64,000 nucleotides of DNA from Kudoa neothunni (lineage: Eukaryota > Animalia > Cnidaria): contig OZ199839.1 in the NCBI GenBank assembly GCA_964304625.1, positions 6,082,311 through 6,146,310 on the forward strand, written 5' to 3'. The notes beneath the pieces were generated by a model. It ran no database searches, had not been told where the DNA came from, and saw only the letters and a list, made by a program, of their open reading frames with translations. Positions 55,620 to 64,000 of this stretch are shown here, piece by piece. A program made the position numbers and the translations under genes. The number at the start of each line of letters is the position of its first letter. The stretch's first letter is position 1.

Positions 55620-58531
55620 CAATGTTTTCCAACCTCTTAGGTTTTAGGTGTGATCAATTTTTTTTTAAATATCAGGTGACCTAATAAACATTTTTTGAGC
55701 TTACTAGAATTAAAAGTTATTCTTTAAACTATTTTTATATCCAATATTATATATGACAATTTAAATTGTATGCTTTATAATAATTATTTTTATTTCGTTA
55801 ATATAAAAATTTTATTTAACTCTAATTTTTGGGCTCTTTTGAAATAATAATATTTCACTTGAAACCAATATTATTAGACCTTTAGGCTACTCCTTTATCG
55901 ATTCGACTTATCACATTAGGTTTTTAATGTTTTTCGTGATATTCTCGCATTCTAATTATTTTAAATATAATTTTTCTGTCTGTAATATTTATTATTAGTT
56001 ATATTTTCGAAATTAATCCTTTGGTTCAGTGATATCATAAATGTAAATTTTAAAATTACTAGTACCTGTTAACTCTTTTCCTCCATACTCAAATACTCAA
56101 TGCAATGAACACAACGTATGTTCTTATTTATACGTTCTCTCTATCCATATAAAATATTAAGTAATATATTTAACAAGTTTCTTTTTAATTCAATAAATCA
56201 TAATTTTCAATATCATTCAAATATGCCATTTCAGAATAAGAGGGAATTCATTCTACTGCATGTAAAGGAGCATACTACACTTACAATAGATTGGTTATTG
56301 GTGTAAAATATGTTTTTTTATACGTAAGGCGCATAATCAATACAAAAATTTGAATTAAAAACAAATTTTTTATTTTTTTAAATCAATTTTGGAATTAGAA
56401 CAAAAATATAGGTTCATTATTTCCCATCAATTGTTATGGCAATTTAATGTTCCTTAATAGATTTAATATAGGTAAACAAATTCATGTGCATTTAAAACAA
56501 TTTTAAATATTTCATTCCAATTTTCTTCTTAAATTAAAATTGGTACATACTCCAATACTTTCTTATATTTTTAAGCATTGGTACATTATTTATCAAAGTT
56601 GAATCTTTCATAACTCAACTCAAGTTCTACATTAATTTTTGGGTAGGTAATCTAAGAGATGACCCCCAAAATTAGCCGTGTTGCGCATGCTCTACATGCC
56701 CGATTTTAATTTAATTCGACTTAATACATTTTTTAAATATTGAGTTTCAGCGCAACCACCTTGAATCGTATTAATCACAAATTTGCAACCAGCGCTCGAT
56801 TCGATTTTTTAATAAACTTAGGTTATTAACTTATTCCTGTTTCTTACATATTAGTTTTCGTGAAACATTATTTTATCGTAACAGTACGAACATTCATCCT
56901 TATTTAATTGAGAATTGTGAATTGAGCAAAACAAGATAACATGTCGGATAAATTTGAACTCTCACGTTAATAGTAGTTCTGTTGAAACATCTTATATGAA
57001 ATTAAGATTATGGAATCATCTCAAAATTTTTTAGTTTATATATATTTTAAGGATGAAACATTAACATTATATATGATTTATTCAGATTTTAAAGTTTGTA
57101 AATATCATTTCTCAACGTTTAAGACCTTCTAGAATGCTCAATTTTACGTGTTCAGGTATATAAATTTAATAAAAAATAGATTTTCTTTTGTTGTTTTTTA
57201 ATAACAGAAATTTTTCGAATCATCGAAATTACTTTTGTTATAAACATCAATAACGTACACGCAACTTCAGATGATTTGAAGCTATAAATTAGGAGAATTA
57301 TGTAAAGGGCATAGATAATAAATATACGTTTATTTTTTTTTAATTATAAAATTGAATTCTTAATTAAAATCTAAAGGAATAAATAAAACAGTGTAGGCGT
57401 TGGGTACTGTACAAAAATTGTCAATGATAGTTTTAATGACTAAATATGAGATTATTAATCAATAATTAATGGGAATAAATGAAATAATAGTAATCAGAGA
57501 TTTTATGTATAAACGGATCTAAACAAATCTTTAATCCGAATTGAAAGTTAATAAATTTAATTTAGAATTGGTAAATGAAATATTATTTTATTACTGTAAC
57601 TTATCAACTTTCGTTGGAATTTGTAAAATTCAAAGGTATCATTTATTTCAAATGCAATTTTATAGTAAATCCAATCTTTTTTTAACAATTTTATTATTAT
57701 AAATCTGGAAAAACGTAAAATGTAATATAATCTAATATCTTTTAACATAATTTAATATTTTTGTTATTTAGAGACAATCAAAGATTATTTTGTTAATATT
57801 TTTTATCAGAAAACTAAACTATATCGAGAAAAATAATTAGTTCATTTGAACGGTTATAAGCAAATTAAATACTTATATACACTTTCTGAGTGTATTACTA
57901 TTTTATAAATTAAATTTATAAGGAAAAAATACGATTGAATCTATATAAATTAATAAATATATTCACCTAACAAGAAATCTATTAACATATCATTTTAGAA
58001 TACGTTAATCGTTCTGAGATATACAAAATAGATAGTTTTCTTGTTAGGAATTAATACCATTATCACCAATGACCGGCAATAGTATTACATATATTTATTA
58101 CACTACTGTTGCCAACTTTGTGATTCAGTATAAAACCAATTAGTAAATTTTAAAGAAATGCACATAAAAGAGTTCTCTTAAAAATAGCAAATTTTTTGAA
58201 TTATTTTAATCGGCTATGCGATAAAAGACTGTAATATTGAAAAGGATATCTTCCAAAAGGTCATTATCGTTGCATTTTGAAGGAATGAAGAAGTAATAGA
58301 TGTTAAATTTTAAAGTTAATCCATAAATTAAATCAGATCCGATTGAATACATTTTAATTCTAACGAGAAAAGAAATATTTATTGATCACTTTCAAATTTT
58401 AATTTGACTTTACCTTGATTCAAAATTATAAGCAGCGTAAATTAAAGAATCAATAAATTTGAATAAGAAAGATCACTGAACTTACATTCAAGAAAAAGTG
58501 GGCGCGGTAGAAAAAAGGTTCGAGAACATTG
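55620..58531 (-). mobile_element. Probable highly decayed hAT element
   Basis: TIR-like CAATGTTTTCCAACC / GGTTCGAGAACATTG; minus-strand remnant NL*LQ..VIDVYNK near 57240-57290. No TSD. Confidence 0.4.
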
Positions 58532-59189
58532 CGTTATAATGTTAATCAATGTGAAAAAACACGAATTTTAATTTAATAAATCAAATAAATAGAATATATG
58601 TGAGAGAATAAGAGAAATTCCATTAAATATAGTTTAAATACACAGTTATATAAACAACAACAATAATGCACAGTAGGCTACTGGCATCACCGACGACTCC
58701 TGACCCTCACTCGTGAAAATGGTGATCCTTTAATTTAACTTTTTTGACATAGATTGCTTTTCACTCAATATTAAAAAATGTAATAAGTCGAATTAAATTA
58801 AAATCGGACATGTAGATCACGCGAAACATTACTAATTTTTGGAGTCATTCGCTCTCATAATCAGTGGGAGAAATCTCCCCATGCTTTTGTCAGCATGTTT
58901 CGGTAACTTCGTGCGAATGGCGCAATAAAACAGATGCATCCGTGTCATCGCGTATGACCTCGTTTACATGTTTTCCTTATTTTCTTAGTATTCTGTCTAC
59001 AGAATTCAACCATTCAATTCTTCTAATATTCTGTTATTTTTTAAAGCAATAAAAACCCTGGGGTCAAATTGACCCAAAAAAACTCGGAAGGCTAAAGACA
59101 ATAATTGTGGTCATAGATTAGCCAAACAAAGAATAATTTCGAAAAAAATCATGCATCGAAGATATACCGTACTAATATGGAAAATACAA

Positions 59190-61010
59190 TTAGATAGGTT
59201 TTATTCTATAAGCCATTGCTGAGCATATAATCACAGCACCGATTCCATAGAGTAGAAATCGAGATCGAACAGATTTTGATTTACTTTTTTTATGTTCCAG
59301 CACGTGCTAAATAATAATAGGAACGTAAAATAAACAATTGTTTAATCTAAGTATGGCTTATACAAAAAATTCATATTTTGGAGGAATGGATTACTAAATT
59401 CTAGTATGTCTAATTTAATATAAACCATATAGTTTAAAAATAGCTGAATAAAGAAGATAAAAATTCCCGCCAATTTATAATTTAGAATAGATTTGTACAA
59501 GATACATCTTTTTGGAGCAAACGAAATACCTTAATTTGGCACAAACTAGTGGTCAGTTTTTTACAGCTATCAATATTTTTGTTTATGTGTTTAGTGGCAA
59601 GCTTGAGAAAATAATCACTCTAAGGGGAAAAAGACTTAAAATTGTTGTTCATTTATCTCCCTAGAAGGATTACACAACTTGAATTGTGAGTCTCGGATAG
59701 CACTTTGATATAACTATCACAGAAATCGTTGATACATTCAAGGTGGTGATGGGTGTGCGAATTGGAAACAGCCAAATCAAACACACTATTAAAAATATGT
59801 ATGTTATATTATTAAAAATGGGGGCCTTAGCGCAATATCGGCTTTAGTACTTTAAATCATCAGCAGATTTGGTGAAAACACCACTATCTAACCCATTCAA
59901 AATGAGTTCATTTTTCGATTTGATCATGTAGTTGGCATCATTAATGTTGATTTTAAGGCGCTAAAATAATCTTAAAAATGTTTACAATAAAAACTTAAAA
60001 TACGTGTTCTAAATCGGTGGCGGATAGTTGGAGAAATTGTTTAAAATTGACTGAGTGCAGCTTTAGTTAAAATATGTTAAAGGAAATACGAATTAAAAGC
60101 ACTTGAAAATTGGTGAACCATTTTTCTCGTTGAATTCCACACAAAAAGTCATACATAATGTCGCCATCTTTGTCTTCAATTATAGTACACTTTTTTTCTA
60201 TTCCGAGCAAAATTTTAAGCAACTGGTCACACAAATGATATTTACCTGTATGATAGACAAAATTCAATCGTATTTCTATCGTAAGTTTTAAAATTAATCA
60301 AAGAATATTTAAATTATTTTATACTTGAATGGATGTGGTGGTATGATTTCAGATTTTAAACCAATTTGTTATCATATATTTATGCTATAATTATTATTAA
60401 TACAAAACAAATATTAGAGTCATAGAATACAATAAAAGTCGCTTGAGAAGCGCCTAGCAACTCCAACAGTGATTCTAGAAAACATTTATAGTTTTTGAAT
60501 TCGCTGTTTTGGATTATTTTTGCTTCATAGGTGTCGAAATAACTCAACAATAATTGAATTATTTTGTTTGATTTTTTTTCAAATGCATAAACCAAATATC
60601 TAATCCGAAAATTGGTTTTCAACAAATATTTTTAGTTACGGTTTTCCCGCTTATATCATGAATGGTTATATTGGATCCACTTTTCATCAAAATATCGGCA
60701 ATATGAAAGTTGTTATTTTCTATTGCGATCATTATGGCAGTTTTTCCCATGACTAAAATATCAAAAATTTAATCATTGAGATACATAAAATGATATCCAA
60801 AAAGAAGCACATCTCAGAAAGCTTCAATTTCGTAGCGCTTATAGACTTGTTAGATCTCAAATTATAATAAAATTAAATTTTTAAATTACGCAAAAAAAAT
60901 AATCATAATTGTCTTTTCTTTGAATATTGCTACTTTTTTAAGGCGGCCATAAAATAATTTTTGAAGTAAATTAAATATTAAAAAAATATGATATTTATAC
61001 ATTGATGCGT
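59190..61010 (-). CDS. ASZ1: GASZ/ASZ1-like ankyrin-SAM-coiled-coil protein with C-terminal tail anchor
   Basis: Ankyrin repeats GKTAIMIAIENNNFHIADILMKSGSNITIHDISGKT and YAFEKKSNKIIQLLL. SAM-like DFLCGIQREKWFTNFQLHSVNFKQFLQLSATDLEH, then a helical HLECINDF segment. Last exon KKSKSKSVRSR-FLLYGIGAVIICSAMAY-RIKPI*. Some frameshifts; start not resolved. Confidence 0.7.
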
Positions 61011-61797
61011 CTTGAAATTATTTATTTAATCGTTAGATATTGTCAACGTGACAAATTTATTATATTTTTTTAATTTATAAATCATAATCCTATTAATAAA
61101 AAAAATCAGAATTAATTTGTACATAAATTAATATGACACCGAATAATACATTTTACTTTATAAATATAACATTTGCTTCAATCAAACCTAATTTAACACT
61201 TTTTGTGAAATTATTCAATAATATTGTTAATACACTAAGAATTATTAATGAGAATAAAATTTTGGATAAATTTTTAAATATAAAATAGTAGGTAATCCAA
61301 GAAGATAAGATGATATGATAATACGAGTGCGTTCGAAATTCCAATTTGGTTAACATAATTAATTTACTTAATTTTAATTGATAAAAAAATATATAAATTA
61401 TTAATTGAGTAAATGATGATATTTTCATCAAATAATATATTTTAATCGGCCAAATAATAACCGGAAATACATAAAAAATAGTGATAAATTAGTCTAAATG
61501 ACAATATGAATTATCTAACGAGATAATATAAGGTTTATTACTAAACGTATTAGAAGTGTTGAGTAGAATATTGAATTATATGTTTATAAAATTAACTACA
61601 TGATATAAAGATATATTCTCCGCAAACTTTTGAAATATATAGTAAAGATATCAATTTTATTTTATTTTTTAAATAGCACTACTATGATTCATCCATATTA
61701 TTTAAAATTGATTGATATTATATATTTATTATAATAAAAAGTATATCTAATTATTAAGACAAATTATCAATCTACGCGATCGCCATGGCATCGGTAT

Positions 61798-61952
61798 CAG
61801 GGGTGGTAAATTCGTGAGATTCCTTCATGTTTGTTCATTAAAAAAAATTTTACATGAAAAAACTAACGAAATTACCGCATCAAATTTTTTTTAATGGACT
61901 AACATGAAATAAATCCCAATTTTATAATTTTTGAACGAAATAGCCATCCCTG
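61798..61952. mobile_element. hAT MITE
   Basis: TIRs CAGGGGTGG / CCATCCCTG, degenerate 8-bp TSD atcggtat / attggtac, long internal inverted repeat. Confidence 0.6.
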
Positions 61953-62417
61953 ATTGGTACAGGCGAAACTCTAATTTTCATTTCCGAAAACTGTTGGAGA
62001 TTAATTCACATGAGAAGTCAATATTAATAAACTCAAGATTATTAATTAAAAATTTATAAACGGATTAAAACAAGGAAAATAATTTTTTGTTTAGAAAAAA
62101 GATAGACTGTGTTATAATTAATCTAAGCGAAAAAAATTCAGATTATTTAAAGACTGAAAAAGAGATTTGATCAACTACTTTCATCAACCCCGAATTCGAT
62201 GATTTGCCATAATGTACAATAAAAAATTTAACAAACTTATAAATATAATATTTTAAATATATTAATTAATTTTTAGGCATAACATCCATCAACCAATACA
62301 TTCTAATCTAGAATTACACAATAAAGGTATAGTAAACAAAACTGCTCAATGATAAGATATTATAAAAATATTAATAAGACAAATCTGTGTTCAAAATCAA
62401 TAATATAGATATTATTA

Positions 62418-63492
62418 ATGTGGTGTGCCTTACAAGTGTTATGCATAATTTTCTCAGTATTACTAAAGGTAGTCTAAATTTGTGTTCGATTTCTAAATGT
62501 TGAACAATGTGACTGAGTTTTGATCTGACTAGTTCACTGGAATCGTCATAGTGATTGTTGGTGCTGCTCTAAAGTTTTTCCTTGTTAACAGCTGTCAAAA
62601 AGAACTATCCTTGCCCATTGGATACATTTTTATTGTTATCGGCTCCGTCATTATACTACAAATGATATTAGTTATATCTGCTTGTTGTTTAAATTCGCTG
62701 GATATTTGCTCGATTATTGTGTTTGTGATTTCATTTGTTGTGGTGCTAGTATCAAGCGGATTTTTGATATATATCTGGTTGGTCAGAAAAAATGTAATTA
62801 TCATCTTCAACGTCTTATAAATTGTTTTGTAGATAATCGAGGGAACAGATACATGTATTGAGCATGGAGCGTTACTTCCTCTGCAATATTTTGGATACGA
62901 AGATGAATATATCAGTATAGCAAAGGAGGCTGTACTCATTTTAATTATATTCGTTAAATAACACACTTTAATAGTACCAATGCTGCAGATTAACCGACAT
63001 TATAGCATTTAACTTCACCGGAACATTCTATTTGGATAAAGATCACAACCAAGCGGTTTCAGGTAATTATATTTACGTATGTGGCGCAATGATTACACTA
63101 CTATCGAAAATAACCATTAATTCAGCTATATTAGCGTTTTTATTATAACTATGAATTATAAAATTTAATAGAAATTAATGAAATCGCTGAAGCCGGTGTA
63201 GTCCAACAAAACGAAGAAAATGATGATCTTGATCAAGAAGACGACGACCAACCCTTCGACTGCAATGACAATATAACTGTCAATACTGCAAAATGTGCTG
63301 GTTCATTCAAGATGCTCCTTTCATACATTTTACCTAGATTTATTGGATCCTTGAGTGGAATAACGTCGTATTCGGTATAAATTCTGTATAAATAATACGG
63401 GTATCGTTGTTGACGCTTCTCTTCTAGTTTGTTGTTCTAACTTTGTTGGTCGGTTACCATTGCTGGATGTTAACAGCAAAACATTCTTATGA
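62418..63492 (+). CDS. Divergent tetraspanin-like protein
   Basis: ATG 62418. TM1 across exons 1-2, TM2-3 in exon 2 (IVIGSVIILQMILVISACC), extracellular loop with YQCCR and an acidic tract, then TM4 (VVFGI..GIVVDASLLVCC) with a frameshift near 63390. TGA at 63492. Confidence 0.7.
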
Positions 63493-63865
63493 TATGGATA
63501 TGAAATGAGATTACACATTATTTTCAATATTAACAAATAATTTACTAGTATCATAGATTGAACCTCACAAATATGTTATTCTTATAAATTTTCCAATTAT
63601 TATTTCTTGTTGACTAATTCGTTACATTTTACTAAATATTTCATTATTAAATAATTAAATTTGAAAAAATGGAGAACATAAGACATTTGATTCGTGTTAT
63701 CGATAATATTTTTGAAGTTCTAAGATATTAATTTTTTAATTTTCTACGATAGATTTATATACAGAATATTTTCATATATCATTTTAGGGAGAATATTGTG
63801 CAGTAAATATAGTCACGAGTGTTTATGACTATTTAGTTATCGCGAGAGTGGCGATTCTTCGTTAA

Positions 63866-64000
63866 CCCTCCAAGTAAAATGGGGTAAAAATCTACTCTAA
63901 ATTTTTTTAACTAAAACTACTTAAAATAAAAAGTTATTTAATTTTGAACAGTATTAGTCAATTCTATCGATTACATGTTGACTAAATCAAGAAACGCTAT
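63866..64000. mobile_element. End of a third copy of the non-autonomous piggyBac family (runs off the window)
   Basis: TTAA followed by CCCTCCAAGTAAAATGGGGTAAAAATCTAC, which matches the reverse complement of the 38388 end. Confidence 0.7.

Noticed and set aside
62595-62966. Antisense ORFs (also 16004-16252, 17320-17520, 41745-41975, 49535-49768, 52949-53222)
   Set aside because: Shadows of real exons on the opposite strand, with no independent signal.

Overview
Very AT-rich (roughly a quarter GC by eye), intron-containing eukaryotic DNA. Most introns are tiny (about 29-60 nt, GT-AG), so the ORF track mostly shows single exons. Gene content is animal-like and very divergent. A reduced parasitic metazoan such as a myxozoan is my best guess, but this is inference only. 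Genes I assembled by hand: (1) four tandem minus-strand genes (58-18592) for unknown, apparently secreted proteins built from ~85-110 aa Cys-containing modules, mostly one module per exon with phase-1 introns; (2) an MFS sugar transporter split by a ~10.6-kb intron filled with nested transposons; (3) a beta-1,4-galactosyltransferase (GT7); (4) a NELF-A homologue; (5) an ankyrin-SAM-tail-anchor gene matching the piRNA factor GASZ/ASZ1; (6) a divergent tetraspanin. Intergenic DNA is dense in transposons: a full-length piggyBac, non-autonomous piggyBacs, a Ty3/gypsy with ~89-bp LTRs and a Helitron-like insert in one LTR, Tigger/pogo, Merlin, and several hAT remnants and MITEs. Single-base frameshifts, often at homopolymers, occur in most genes and may partly be assembly errors. 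No CRISPR, rRNA or complete tRNA was seen. All homology calls rest on motif recognition by eye; no database search was run.
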